Source: Candidatus Bathyarchaeota archaeon
Lineage (GTDB): Archaea > Thermoproteota > Bathyarchaeia > TCS64
Direction of reading: 5' to 3'
Length of the DNA: 64,000 nucleotides
Assembly: GCA_963771885.1 (NCBI GenBank)
Contig: CAVYVF010000023.1
Coordinates: forward strand, 608,001 to 672,000
The translations under genes and the position numbers were made by a program. This document shows, piece by piece, positions 50,061-62,284 of this stretch. The notes beneath the pieces were generated by a model. The model had not been told where the DNA came from, did not search any database, and was given only the letters and a program-made list of their open reading frames with translations. The stretch's first letter is position 1; each line of letters starts with the position of its first letter.

Positions 50061-50805
50061 TATGGGTAATATACTAGAGACAAAGGGACTTAACGTCGGC
50101 TACGGCCCCATCCACGTTATCTACGACCTAGACTTCGAGGTCCCAGACGGGGAGGTTACGGTCATCGTCGGCCCCAACGGCGTCGGCAAGACGACCCTCC
50201 TTAAGGCCATCATGGGCCTCGCTACGGTCTACTCCGGGCAGGTCTTCTTCCAGGGTAAGGACATCACGAACATGCCTCCCTATGAGAGGACGAAACTCGG
50301 CATCGGCTACATGCCACAGACGGGTAACATCTTCAGCAAGCTAACGGTCGAGGACAACCTAAAGATGGCCGCCTACACCGTCAACAGCGCGACGGTCTAC
50401 AAGGACAAGCTCGAGTTCGTCTGGAACCTCTTCCCAAGGCTCAAGGAGTACATGCCCCGCGCAGCGGGTACGCTGAGTGGCGGTGAACGCCAGATGCTCG
50501 CCGAGGGTATGGTCCTGATGAGGGAGCCAAAGCTCATGATGGTGGACGAGCCCACAGCCGGTCTTATGCCCAAGTTGGTCAACGATGTCATGAAGCAGCT
50601 CGAGCAGATGGCTGAGACGACTGGTCTCCCAATCGTGTTGGTTGAACAGCGTGCCAAGCGCGCTCTGCAGGTCGGTGACAAGGCATACATGATGCGCGGC
50701 GGTAAGTTCACGTTCTCCGGATCCGCGGAGGCGCTTGCGAACCACCCACAGCTCAACGAGATGTATCTGGGTGCTGTCGACACCGTCCAGTCCGTCAAGG
50801 AGTAA
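50053..50805 (+). CDS. ABC ATP-binding protein (LivF-like)
   Basis: GPNGVGKTT, AGTLSGGERQML, DEP and LVEQ motifs. Confidence 0.93.
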   Translation: MSNMGNILETKGLNVGYGPIHVIYDLDFEVPDGEVTVIVGPNGVGKTTLLKAIMGLATVYSGQVFFQGKDITNMPPYERTKLGIGYMPQTGNIFSKLTVEDNLKMAAYTVNSATVYKDKLEFVWNLFPRLKEYMPRAAGTLSGGERQMLAEGMVLMREPKLMMVDEPTAGLMPKLVNDVMKQLEQMAETTGLPIVLVEQRAKRALQVGDKAYMMRGGKFTFSGSAEALANHPQLNEMYLGAVDTVQSVKE

Positions 50806-50892
50806 AACTCCTACCCTTTTTTACTCAAATTCTCCGGCATCGCGTCTTTTTTCCACGCTCAATTTAAATCGGGGCGTTACCCGGCTCAATGT

Positions 50893-51054
50893 ATGGACAA
50901 GTACGAGTGCAGTGTCTGCGGTTACATTTACGACCCCGCGGAGGGTGATCCCGCCTCGGGCGTCGCCCCCGGTACCCCCTTCGAGGCTCTACCAGCTAAC
51001 TGGGTCTGCCCGATATGCGGGGCAGCGAAGAGCGCCTTCGTTAAAAAGGCCTAG
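50893..51054 (+). CDS. Rubredoxin (53 aa; below the ORF-track cutoff)
   Basis: [53 protein letters not shown]. Confidence 0.95.
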   Translation: MDKYECSVCGYIYDPAEGDPASGVAPGTPFEALPANWVCPICGAAKSAFVKKA

Positions 51055-51704
51055 AGGCTGTAATCTACCCAGTAGAAGCAGTGGCCGTGGTAGACGTTAT
51101 CCTTACCGAAACTTGACGCGTGTGCGCCGAATATTTTCACAAGCTCCTCGACCGAATAGTAATTCTTCATGACCGTGTGTTGGCTGCCGTCCTTGAGTGT
51201 GCGGAGCTTGTAAGTGTTCTCATCTCTCTCCTTGGTGACGATGGGTCCACCGATGCCGGGGATATTCGTGTTCTCGGCTACGAAGACATGTGAACCCGGC
51301 TTGAGAATGGAGTGGAGTGTGTCGATCCACTCGTGCAGCCTCGCCTTGGGTATGTGGCTGAGCCAGAACGTGGCGAGGGCGCCGTCGAAGGTGGGTCCGT
51401 TGAAGGGCGGCTTGTAAGCGTCGCCGATCAGGAACTTCGTGGGGCATCTGTACTCCTTTGACCGCGCAACCTCTAGGACGTCCTCGTTGATATCGAGACC
51501 TGTGATGCTCTTCGCCGTATCTGAGAGTAAGCGGTCCCACCAGCCGGTGCCGCAGGCGAAGTCGACGACGTCCCGCCCCGAGAGGGAGGCCTTGATAGCG
51601 TCCGCCATCACGCGCTGTTCCTCCTGTCTGTATGTGTCGGTCCAGTAGTATACGTCCTCGTACTCTCTGGCGCGTTTGCGGTAGTAATCCACAAGTTCGC
51701 TCAT
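51051..51704 (-). CDS. Class I SAM-dependent methyltransferase
   Basis: [18 protein letters not shown] and FWLSHIP motifs. Confidence 0.9.
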   Translation of the reverse strand: MSELVDYYRKRAREYEDVYYWTDTYRQEEQRVMADAIKASLSGRDVVDFACGTGWWDRLLSDTAKSITGLDINEDVLEVARSKEYRCPTKFLIGDAYKPPFNGPTFDGALATFWLSHIPKARLHEWIDTLHSILKPGSHVFVAENTNIPGIGGPIVTKERDENTYKLRTLKDGSQHTVMKNYYSVEELVKIFGAHASSFGKDNVYHGHCFYWVDYSL

Positions 51705-51742
51705 GGGGCTTATGCTTGTGCGCCACGCTGAAAAGGCTCTCT

Positions 51743-52096
51743 CTAGTAGACGCCGGGGATGAGGCGCTTCGGGACTCTCTCCTGGTAGTCCCTGTACTTC
51801 TTACCGTACTTCTTGATGAGTTCCTCCTCCTCGTTCTTGATCTGGCTAATAATGACTGTCCACGAGATGAAGGCAAGTCCAGCCGTCTCGATCTGGGGAA
51901 CGAGGACGACGAGCCCCGTGGCGAGTGAGAGGAAGCCGAAGTAGTAGGGGTGACGCACTATCATATACGGGCCACCCGTGACGAGACCCCCCTTATAGTT
52001 GGTCTTCCAGTAGCTCCACCAGAAGACTATGTAGTAAAGGCCAAGAAGGATGAGCGCGGCGCCGAGTATCGTTGTGGGGGCGAGGAGGTCTATCAT
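51743..52096 (-). CDS. Isoprenylcysteine carboxyl methyltransferase / PEMT family membrane protein
   Basis: LVTGGPY.IVRHPYY and EE..L...YG..Y..Y...V..LIP motifs. Confidence 0.88.
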   Translation of the reverse strand: MIDLLAPTTILGAALILLGLYYIVFWWSYWKTNYKGGLVTGGPYMIVRHPYYFGFLSLATGLVVLVPQIETAGLAFISWTVIISQIKNEEEELIKKYGKKYRDYQERVPKRLIPGVY

Positions 52097-52098
52097 CT

Positions 52099-53208
52099 TT
52101 AGTCCTTCACGGGGTATGCGACGAGGTCCCTTTTGAACTTGGTGAGGCTCTCGCAGCCAGTCTGTGTGCAGGTGACTGTGTCCTCGACCCTAATACCTAC
52201 CTCGCCGACTATGTAGATGCCGGGCTCATCGCTGAAGACCATCCCTGGCTCCAGCCTCATCGAGTTGTTCCGGACCAAGTAGGGGTATTCGTGTATCTGC
52301 AGCCCGATGCCGTGGCCGAGGCGGTGTATAAACTGCTTCCCGTACCCCGCGTCTTCGATAACTCTCCTCGCTGCGACGTCTATGGATTCGCATGTTGCAC
52401 CCGGCTTGACGGCGGTGAAGGCTGCCCTGTTCGCCTTGAGGACGATGTCGTACAGCTCCCTCTGCCTCTCACTTGGCTCCCCGTAGAAGACGGTCCTCGT
52501 GATGTCGCTCCAGTAGCCGTGGAAGGTACATCCCATGTCGACGAGCACGCCGTCGCCTGGTTTCAGTCGTCGGTCCCCCGGGTTTCCATGGGGCAGCGCC
52601 GCGCGTTCCCCGAATAGCACCCCCGGGAATGATTGGCCCCCACCGAGGTGGCGCATCTCCGATGTCAGTACGTCGGCGAGCTCCGCCTCGGTCATGCCTG
52701 TGTGGAGTCTGCTGAAGCCAGTTTCTAGGGCGCGGTCGGCGATGTGGCACGCCATCCTGATCCAGTCGAGCTCCTGCGGCGTCTTGATCATGCGCGTGTG
52801 GCCGATCTGCTCTGAGGCATCGACGAGTCGGGTCTCCGGCAGGGCTGCTTGTAGCCTGTTGACCCAGCCCCAGGGCGCCTCCTCGGGTATCCCGATCTTG
52901 GAGGCGCCAAGCCCCCTCTCCCTTATCGTCTTCGCGAGGATCTGGATAGGGTCGTCATGCTCCAACCATATCGCCTTCTCGCTGAACCAGGGGCTCTGCC
53001 CCCTGAGCTCCTCCTCCAGCTGGTTCACGATGAAGACGGGGTCGCCGTTTACTGGGATGAGGGCGGCGGCGGGACGCTCACTCAGCCCAATGCTGAATCC
53101 AGTGTAGTAGCTGATGTTTGGACCAGGGAAGAGCAGGAGTGCATCGAAGCCATCCCTCCTGAGATGTTCGATAAGCTCACTTGCCCTCTGTCGATTGAAC
53201 TCACTCAT
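52099..53208 (-). CDS. Xaa-Pro aminopeptidase/dipeptidase (M24)
   Basis: ALPH, D.G....GYWSDITRT, HRLGHGIGL..HE, EPGIY and GIRVED motifs. Confidence 0.95.
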   Translation of the reverse strand: MSEFNRQRASELIEHLRRDGFDALLLFPGPNISYYTGFSIGLSERPAAALIPVNGDPVFIVNQLEEELRGQSPWFSEKAIWLEHDDPIQILAKTIRERGLGASKIGIPEEAPWGWVNRLQAALPETRLVDASEQIGHTRMIKTPQELDWIRMACHIADRALETGFSRLHTGMTEAELADVLTSEMRHLGGGQSFPGVLFGERAALPHGNPGDRRLKPGDGVLVDMGCTFHGYWSDITRTVFYGEPSERQRELYDIVLKANRAAFTAVKPGATCESIDVAARRVIEDAGYGKQFIHRLGHGIGLQIHEYPYLVRNNSMRLEPGMVFSDEPGIYIVGEVGIRVEDTVTCTQTGCESLTKFKRDLVAYPVKD

Positions 53209-53289
53209 GAGAGTAATACTGTGCCCTCGACCGTTAATGGTTTTACGGACAAAGATGGGACTCAAAAGATGATTGGGGTGGTGGGGGGC

Positions 53290-53568
53290 CTATAACTTGG
53301 CTAGGAACTCGCCCATCATCTTGTTGACGTCGGTTCCATCCTCGTACTTTACCGATGCCTTCGTCCTACCGAAGGTGTCGATACTGTGACCCTCGTATGC
53401 GACTTTTCTCTTCAGAACCAACTCGCCTAACTTTGCCATCGCCTTCTTCTCCTGCTCACTGCCCTTGGCTGGAGAGGTGAGGCCTTCGAGAATGACGATC
53501 TGGTCGGTCCTTAGACGGAAGCTGACTCCGTCGACTATCTCGACCGGTGTTGCGACTTTTACTACCAT
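53290..53568 (-). CDS. Thermonuclease (SNase)-like OB-fold protein, truncated and probably inactive
   Basis: EIVDGVSF (cf. VIDGDT), DTFGR (cf. D.YGR) and DVN motifs. Confidence 0.6.
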   Translation of the reverse strand: MVVKVATPVEIVDGVSFRLRTDQIVILEGLTSPAKGSEQEKKAMAKLGELVLKRKVAYEGHSIDTFGRTKASVKYEDGTDVNKMMGEFLAKL

Positions 53569-53785
53569 GTCGTTCTGATAGGCAACTCATCCATCTATTT
53601 TAAACTTATCTCCTCTTTTTCCTCTGAGTATAAAAGGGTGTGGCGATTGTTCGGCTGCTGCATGTCCCCCTGTTATAATTTCCCTTTGATTGTTTGGCGC
53701 GGGTCGGAGTATTCAGCGAGGGAGCGATGAACGTCGCCATACGGCGAAAAGGATTTTATTGCCTCTGGCTCCCTAGTGGGTGCGT

Positions 53786-53862
53786 GGGCCGGTAGTCTAG
53801 CTTGGTGGAACGCCGCGTTCACACCGCGGAGGTCGCCGGTTCAAGTCCGGCCCGGCCCACCA
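53786..53862 (+). tRNA. tRNA-Val(CAC), intronless, CCA encoded
   Basis: Acceptor GGGCCGG/CCGGCCC, anticodon stem CCGCG/CGCGG with loop TT-CAC-AC, T-loop GGTTCAAGTCC, ends ACCA. Confidence 0.96.
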
Positions 53863-53863
53863 T

Positions 53864-55096
53864 TCACGATTCTATTCTGCGGTCTTTCTCGCGTACGAGC
53901 GCCATGAAGACGAGCGCCGCAGCCGCGCAAGCAGTCAAGAACCACCACGCGGGGGAGTAGGAACCGGTAGTATCGATGATATATCCAAAGATAGGTGGCC
54001 CTACTATGTTGCCGATCATGAGGATCATAAGCGAGTAGCCCATGGCGAGTCCCATAGACTCCCTGCGGCTAAACTCGGAGACGAGTATGAGATTTAGGCC
54101 GCCCCAGCCTATCGCGGCGAAGCCGAAGACGCCGAACACGAGGGCGAGCACCCAGAGCGAGGCCCCCGGTGTGATGAATTGCATCACAATCGTCATGGCG
54201 AGCATGATGCTGCAAGCGATGAGCAGGGGCTTGCGCCTGCTCCCACCTAGAACCCTGTCGCTCAAGGCGCCGAAGGTGAGCTTACCAATAACGCCACCCA
54301 CGTTGGCTATGGCGAGGTAGACACCCGCCGTCGTAACTGTCAACCCCACAGCGTCCTTCAGAAAGATAATGAGGTATGTGGTGAAGGAGTAGTCGACAGC
54401 CATGAAGCCTATGCAGGAGACGCTCACGAGGAGCACGTTACGGTCTAGGACGACCTCCCGTATAGCCACCCAGTTTCGAGAAGCACCTGCTACACTCGGC
54501 TTCTCGGCGACAGTCGGAGGATCCCTGTAGACTATCGAGGCTATTACGGCCGCCACCATCGAGACGACACCCACAGCAACGAAGCCATACCTCCAGCCGA
54601 GGCCTACGGCGATGACAGGCAAAGTTATTGCAGTCATTATGCCCGCGACGGTGATCGACGTCTGGTGAAGGCCGATGGCAGTGCCTCTCTCTTTTACGGG
54701 GAACCACTGTAATATCGCCTTAGTAGCTACAGCGGGGAAGCAGCCGCACCCTATTCCTCCAAGGAAGAGGACGGCGGAGGCACCGGGGAGCGTCTCAGTA
54801 AAATACATTGTAACTATAAGCGCCCCGGCTATGAAGGTGCCTGCGAAGAGCATCCTGCGAATACCCACTTTGTCTATCAGCCAGCCAGCGGGGACCTGGA
54901 ATATCGAGTAGCCGAGGGCCGCTGCAGATACGAGAAGACCTATCTCCGTGTTTGAGAGGTGGAGCTCGTCGACTATGAAGGGGGAGAGTGGGGGGACCGT
55001 CACTCTGACCGCGTAGACTGCGAAATATGTCACCCAGGAGATGCCGAGGACTACCCAGCGGAAACCCTCCGCCTTTTCGGCTCCCTTCTTCTCCAT
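53864..55096 (-). CDS. MFS transporter
   Basis: About 12 TM helices; G.LIDKVG.RR, WFP.KERG.A.G and G.LSDR motifs. Confidence 0.93.
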   Translation of the reverse strand: MEKKGAEKAEGFRWVVLGISWVTYFAVYAVRVTVPPLSPFIVDELHLSNTEIGLLVSAAALGYSIFQVPAGWLIDKVGIRRMLFAGTFIAGALIVTMYFTETLPGASAVLFLGGIGCGCFPAVATKAILQWFPVKERGTAIGLHQTSITVAGIMTAITLPVIAVGLGWRYGFVAVGVVSMVAAVIASIVYRDPPTVAEKPSVAGASRNWVAIREVVLDRNVLLVSVSCIGFMAVDYSFTTYLIIFLKDAVGLTVTTAGVYLAIANVGGVIGKLTFGALSDRVLGGSRRKPLLIACSIMLAMTIVMQFITPGASLWVLALVFGVFGFAAIGWGGLNLILVSEFSRRESMGLAMGYSLMILMIGNIVGPPIFGYIIDTTGSYSPAWWFLTACAAAALVFMALVREKDRRIES

Positions 55097-55318
55097 CAAT
55101 TCCTCCCAACAATTCTCCTACACTGTTAAACCTGTTGGGGCGCAGGGTCGGGTATTCTAAAGCTACAAATTTTCTCTGGTGTTCTCGCTCACCCTATCTA
55201 AAGAACTACCCTTCGCTACTCGGCGAAATTCAGTTTGACATGCTTTGACACAAATAATCACCAAGGCAGGCTTCCTCGGTAAACCCTTATCACGGATACA
55301 CGGCGAACACCATATGGC

Positions 55319-56191
55319 ATGGAGCATCAAAGGATCGGTTCACGGGGTCATCTCTTCACCTGGATGGAGCCCTACCACACGAATGTCTACGCGATAATCT
55401 CCCCCAAGCGCGTCTTCATCGTCGACACCTTCCTCGGCCCCGAGCCAATGGAGGAGGTGAAATCCCAGCTAACCAAGGAGGGCGTCACTGGGAGGCCCTT
55501 CGTCATCTTCAACACACACGCAGATTACGACCACTACTGGGGCAACCAATCCTTCGAGGGCTCAATAATCATCGCCCATGACCAGTCGTTCAAGCGAATA
55601 CACACACAGGGGGAGGAGGGGCTCCACCAGTACGCCGCTCAGGCGATGGGCTCAGTCAAGCTAACACCCCCGAACCTCGTCTTCAGGAAAAAGATAGCCT
55701 TCATGGAGGAGGGGGTCGAGTTCTTCTACACCCCCGGCCACACAGGCGATAGCTCAAGCTGCTATGACTCCGTAGACCATGTACTGCTCCCCGGCGATAA
55801 CCTCGAGGCACCCTACCCCTACGTCAACCTGCTCAATCTCAAGGAATACACACAGAGCCTCGAGGAGTACAAACGCCTCGAGGCGAAGGTGATAATCCCG
55901 GGGCACGACCCGCCACAGCATGATGGTGCGCTCCTCAACGAGAACCTCGCTTACATCCGCGATGTCGCATCAGGGCACATCGACCTCGACACTATAGACC
56001 AGCGAAGGCTACGCGCCCACTACCCCAACACCATTCGCCTCGCTGAGCTATACCTCGAAAAGGCAGACACCAAGAAGGCAAGAAGCTACTACGAGGAGGC
56101 GCTCAAGGTACTCTCCCTCCTTGAGTCAAGCCCCGAGAACAACGAGCGTAGCAAGAAGATCACAGCCCGCCTAACCGAGTTATCTACATAA
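55319..56191 (+). CDS. Metallo-beta-lactamase-fold hydrolase with a C-terminal TPR-like helix pair
   Basis: NTHADYDHYWGN, TPGHT, GD and IPGH motifs; C-terminal LAELYL...KARSYYEEAL. Confidence 0.85.
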   Translation: MEHQRIGSRGHLFTWMEPYHTNVYAIISPKRVFIVDTFLGPEPMEEVKSQLTKEGVTGRPFVIFNTHADYDHYWGNQSFEGSIIIAHDQSFKRIHTQGEEGLHQYAAQAMGSVKLTPPNLVFRKKIAFMEEGVEFFYTPGHTGDSSSCYDSVDHVLLPGDNLEAPYPYVNLLNLKEYTQSLEEYKRLEAKVIIPGHDPPQHDGALLNENLAYIRDVASGHIDLDTIDQRRLRAHYPNTIRLAELYLEKADTKKARSYYEEALKVLSLLESSPENNERSKKITARLTELST

Positions 56192-56402
56192 CACCACGCT
56201 CAAGGGAGGCGGGATAGATCCAACTGGATTAACCGCGCGCAAGCAAGAAAACAGCTCCATTGGCAATCTTAAATGATCAAAAACAAATACGTAGTAACCC
56301 GCAAGTGCACTAAATGACGCTGAAATGGCTCATTTTCAGTCACGAAAAACGCTTAAAGCGTCCCGAAAAGAGCCAAAAAGAAGCTCAAACCAAGTCTCTC
56401 TT

Positions 56403-57056
56403 TTACCTCGATAGAGCCCTTAGCGCGTCGAAGGAGCGCCCAGCGTCGTCCTCCCTGAGTACGAGGCTGATCTCTCCATCCGCCTCGTGGGCCTCTATCG
56501 CATGGACGCCGTTCTGCGAGAGGACGTCAACGATCATAGTGAGCGCCCCCGCGAGCCCCTCCATAGCGGCGGGGAGGCGGAGATGGAGTTCCGCGAATCC
56601 TTCTTGTATCTCGACCTTGTGATCCCTCAACCCCTCCTTGATCCTCTCCGCGTCGGACTGGTTTGTGTAGATCCTTATCCCCAACTGAGTCTGGTGGAGG
56701 CTGAGCATGTAACTGTCGAAGGCGCCGAGCTTGAGCACGTCGGCGACTATCATTCTATGACTCACTGGGGGCGCCATGATTAGGACCTCCGAGATGCCGG
56801 TAACAAGGTTGAGCCTGCTACCCGCCAGGGGGCTCTTCGGCACCTGCGGCTCCTCAAGCTGGTTGCTCAGGCGCATTATGGCGGTGACTATGGTGTTAGG
56901 GTCCACCTCGTCGCCGAAGGTACTCTGCACCTCCCCCTGAATATAGCGGGCGAGGGCGCTGTAGTTGACCACTCTCATCCGCAGCCCCCTGTACAGGTAG
57001 GGGTTTCGAGTGACTATGATTCTGACGACGTCCTGTACGCTTGAGCGCCCAGACAT
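56403..57056 (-). CDS. ACT-domain-containing putative regulator
   Basis: N-terminal P.L...L...VVNYSALARYI motif and C-terminal ACT-like domain. Confidence 0.75.
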   Translation of the reverse strand: MSGRSSVQDVVRIIVTRNPYLYRGLRMRVVNYSALARYIQGEVQSTFGDEVDPNTIVTAIMRLSNQLEEPQVPKSPLAGSRLNLVTGISEVLIMAPPVSHRMIVADVLKLGAFDSYMLSLHQTQLGIRIYTNQSDAERIKEGLRDHKVEIQEGFAELHLRLPAAMEGLAGALTMIVDVLSQNGVHAIEAHEADGEISLVLREDDAGRSFDALRALSR

Positions 57057-57118
57057 ATGTTTCTCACCAGCCCTCGAGGCGGATTTAACCCTTCTGACAC
57101 CGTTTTAAAAACATTACT

Positions 57119-57157
57119 ATATGTCAAATACATGACATATTGACATAATATTTATAA
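57119..57157. promoter_or_regulatory. Inverted-repeat operator plus TATA upstream of hsp20-cdc48
   Basis: ATATGTCA-N6-TGACATAT, an extra TGACATA half-site at 57141, TTTATAA at 57151. Confidence 0.65.
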
Positions 57158-57190
57158 GAGAGCCACACCCAACCCAGAACAGTGAAAGAC

Positions 57191-57706
57191 ATGACATGGA
57201 ACAACAGGCGGAGACCTTTCAGGGGAATCTTCGAGGAGATGTTTGGCGACCTCTGGGGATTCGAAACCGACATGGGAAAGATGCTCGACGAGATGCAGAG
57301 CAGTCCCAACGCCCAGACGTGGTACTACGGTTACCAGGTCAACATCGGCCCCGACGGTAAGCCCCACGTCAAGGAGTTCGGGAACGTCCGCCCACACGGA
57401 GGCAAGATGCAGCTGGGAGTACGCGAGCCTCTCGTAGACGTATCAGTCGACGAGAAGCAGGGTAACGTCAAGGTAGTCGTCGAGATGCCCGGCGCCGACA
57501 AGGACAGTATAAAGATCAACGCAACCGAGGAGCACATCATAATAACTGCGAACAACTCGGGCAAGCCCTACAACGCCGAGGTACCACTCAGCGTGAAGGT
57601 GGACCCGAACACCGCCGACGCGAGCTACACGAACGGGATACTCCAGGTCATCTTCAAGACCAAGGGACCTGAGCCGCCGAAGGGCGTCAATGTCAGGATA
57701 AAGTAG
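57191..57706 (+). CDS. hsp20: Archaeal small heat shock protein Hsp20
   Basis: YGY...IGPDGKP...EFGN, REPLVDV, EMPG and NGIL motifs. Confidence 0.93.
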   Translation: MTWNNRRRPFRGIFEEMFGDLWGFETDMGKMLDEMQSSPNAQTWYYGYQVNIGPDGKPHVKEFGNVRPHGGKMQLGVREPLVDVSVDEKQGNVKVVVEMPGADKDSIKINATEEHIIITANNSGKPYNAEVPLSVKVDPNTADASYTNGILQVIFKTKGPEPPKGVNVRIK

Positions 57707-57737
57707 ACTAGTTTTCTGGGAAAAACATGGAGGATAG

Positions 57738-59924
<2,187 letters not shown>

Positions 59925-59994
59925 ACGCCGCCATTTTCTACCATAGGGATAGGTTAATACGGGGAGCCGCCGGCGGTTTAGACGGGTACCCATT

Positions 59995-61773
59995 ATGCCC
60001 ATCCGCCAACCAATCGTCTGCATGCTCGGACACGTAGACACCGGGAAGACAAGCCTCCTCGACAAGATCAGGGGTACCGCTGTCCAGCTACGCGAGGCGG
60101 GGGGCTTGACCCAGCAGATAGGCGCTAGCTATTTCCCCCTGGAAACGCTCGTCGCCATCACCCAGAAGCTCGTCAAAGGCTTCAAGGTCAACATCCAGAT
60201 TCCCGGCCTCCTAGTCGTCGACACCCCCGGACACGAGGCCTTTGCAAATCTCCGCCGCCGCGGTGGAAGTGTAGCCGACATAGCCATACTCGTCGTCGAT
60301 GTCATGCACGGCTTCGAGAACCAGACCTACGAGAGCCTACGAATACTCAAGAGCCGAAAAACCCCTTTCATCATCGCCGCCAATAAAATTGACCGCATCG
60401 AAGGGTGGCGCCCAAAAGAAGGCATAGCTTTCCTCCAAACCTACGCCGAGCAGCAGCAACTCGTACAAGAGGATCTCGACAATAGACTCTACAGCATGAT
60501 GGGCGTCCTAAGCAGGGAGGCCATAAGCTCCGAGCGCTTCGACAGGGTCCGAGACTTCACGAGAAACGTCGCCATCGTACCGGTCAGCGCCAAGACCGGC
60601 GAGGGGGTGGGAGAGCTACTCGCCGTACTCATCGGCCTCACACAGCAGTATATGCAGGACAAGCTCAAGGTGACCGAGGGTAGGGCACAGGGCACCGTCT
60701 TAGAGGTCCGCGAGGAGGTCGGGCTCGGACACACCCTTAACGCGATAATCTACGATGGCGTTCTCAAGGCTGAGGACACAATAGTCATCGGCGGTAAAAA
60801 CGGGCCGCTCGCCACGAAGATACGCGCCCTTCTCATGCCGCAGCCCCTTGACGAGATCAGGGACCCGAAGAAAAAGTTCACAACTATAATGGAGGTCCCA
60901 GCCGCGGCGGGTATCAAGATAGCGGCGCCCGACATCGAGGAGGCACTCCCTGGCTCACCCCTCATCGTCCTTGGTGAGGGCATGACGCAGGAGCAGGCTT
61001 TCGCCGACATCCGGCGTGAGATGGAGAGCGTCAAGGTCCAGACCGATAAAACCGGCATCATAGTTAAGACAGACACACTCGGCAGCCTCGAGGTTCTCGT
61101 GGAGAGTCTCCGAGCCCGAGACATCCCCATCCGCCTCGCCGACATCGGCGACATCAGCCGCCGAGACGTCATGGAGGCATCCTCCGTCCGTTTCGAGGAA
61201 CCCCTCTACGGCGCGGTGCTTGCCTTCAACGTCAAGATACTCCCAGACGCCGAGACCGAGGCAGAGGAGCAGCGCGTGAAGATCTTCAGGAATGACATCA
61301 TCTACAACCTCATGGAGGAGTACGTCAAGTGGATGGAGGGTGAGCGTGAGGCGAAGGCTCGGAAGGAGTTCGAGACGCTCGTCCACCCGGTGAAGATCCA
61401 GATCATGGACGGCTTCATCTTCCGCCGCGCAAAGCCAGCCATCTTTGGTGTACGCGTTGAGGCTGGCGTCCTCATACCCAACTCCCTCATGGTCAACAGG
61501 GAAAACGAGGGCCTGGGGCGCCTGACGCAGATTCAGGACCAGGGAGCCGCCGTCAGCAAAGCGGAGGAGGGTAAGGAGGTCGCCGTCTCGATGCCCGCAC
61601 CGATCGTCGGTAGACATATAAAAGAGCGAGATGTTCTCTACGTGGACGTTCCGGAGAAAGACGCCAGAGTGCTGCGAAACAAATTCGCAACCCGCCTGAC
61701 GGAAAACGCCAACAAGGCACTCCAGGAACTAATAGAAGTAAAGAGAAAGAAGGACCCACTCTGGGCTATATAG
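59995..61773 (+). CDS. infB: Translation initiation factor aIF5B (IF-2)
   Basis: RQPIV..LGHVDTGKT, DTPGHEAF.NLR.RG, NKID and DTLGSLE motifs. Confidence 0.97.
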   Translation: MPIRQPIVCMLGHVDTGKTSLLDKIRGTAVQLREAGGLTQQIGASYFPLETLVAITQKLVKGFKVNIQIPGLLVVDTPGHEAFANLRRRGGSVADIAILVVDVMHGFENQTYESLRILKSRKTPFIIAANKIDRIEGWRPKEGIAFLQTYAEQQQLVQEDLDNRLYSMMGVLSREAISSERFDRVRDFTRNVAIVPVSAKTGEGVGELLAVLIGLTQQYMQDKLKVTEGRAQGTVLEVREEVGLGHTLNAIIYDGVLKAEDTIVIGGKNGPLATKIRALLMPQPLDEIRDPKKKFTTIMEVPAAAGIKIAAPDIEEALPGSPLIVLGEGMTQEQAFADIRREMESVKVQTDKTGIIVKTDTLGSLEVLVESLRARDIPIRLADIGDISRRDVMEASSVRFEEPLYGAVLAFNVKILPDAETEAEEQRVKIFRNDIIYNLMEEYVKWMEGEREAKARKEFETLVHPVKIQIMDGFIFRRAKPAIFGVRVEAGVLIPNSLMVNRENEGLGRLTQIQDQGAAVSKAEEGKEVAVSMPAPIVGRHIKERDVLYVDVPEKDARVLRNKFATRLTENANKALQELIEVKRKKDPLWAI

Positions 61774-61786
61774 GAGAATAGAAACA

Positions 61787-62194
61787 ATGCCACTGCTAAT
61801 CGTCTCCGACCCCTCAACCGGAAAGAGCCAGAAGGTAGAGCTCGAGGACGCTAGGATGACCCCCCTCATTGGAAAAAAGATCGGTGACGTAGTCGACGGC
61901 GCCGTCGCCAACATGGCCGGTTACAAGCTTAAGATAACGGGCGGGACCGACAAGGACGGCATACCCATGCGCCCAGACATACACGGCTCCGCCAAGAGTC
62001 ATATCATCCTCAGTGGAGGCGTCGGCTTTCACCCAAAGTCGGAGGGTGAAAGGAGGCGCAAGGTCATCCGTGGGAACACTATTAGCTCCGAGTCGAAGTT
62101 CCTCAACCTCTCCATCGTGGGTCAGCCAAAGGGTAAGAAGCCAGTGGAGAAGAAGGTAGCCGACGAGAAGCCCGCGGAAGAGAAGACCGAGTAA
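61787..62194 (+). CDS. rps6e: 30S ribosomal protein S6e
   Basis: ITGGTDKDGIPM and GERRRKVIRGN motifs. Confidence 0.96.
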   Translation: MPLLIVSDPSTGKSQKVELEDARMTPLIGKKIGDVVDGAVANMAGYKLKITGGTDKDGIPMRPDIHGSAKSHIILSGGVGFHPKSEGERRRKVIRGNTISSESKFLNLSIVGQPKGKKPVEKKVADEKPAEEKTE

Positions 62195-62284
62195 ACCTCG
62201 TCTCACATTTATGAACACCGGGAAAACCCCGGTTATCTTTTCTTAATCATATTAAGCCCAAGTTACTATATTATCATTAGTAGA

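Noticed and set aside
53786..53870. tRNA-Val as an integration site for a mobile element
   Set aside because: No duplicated tRNA 3' end and no integrase were seen in the window; the neighbours are ordinary host genes.
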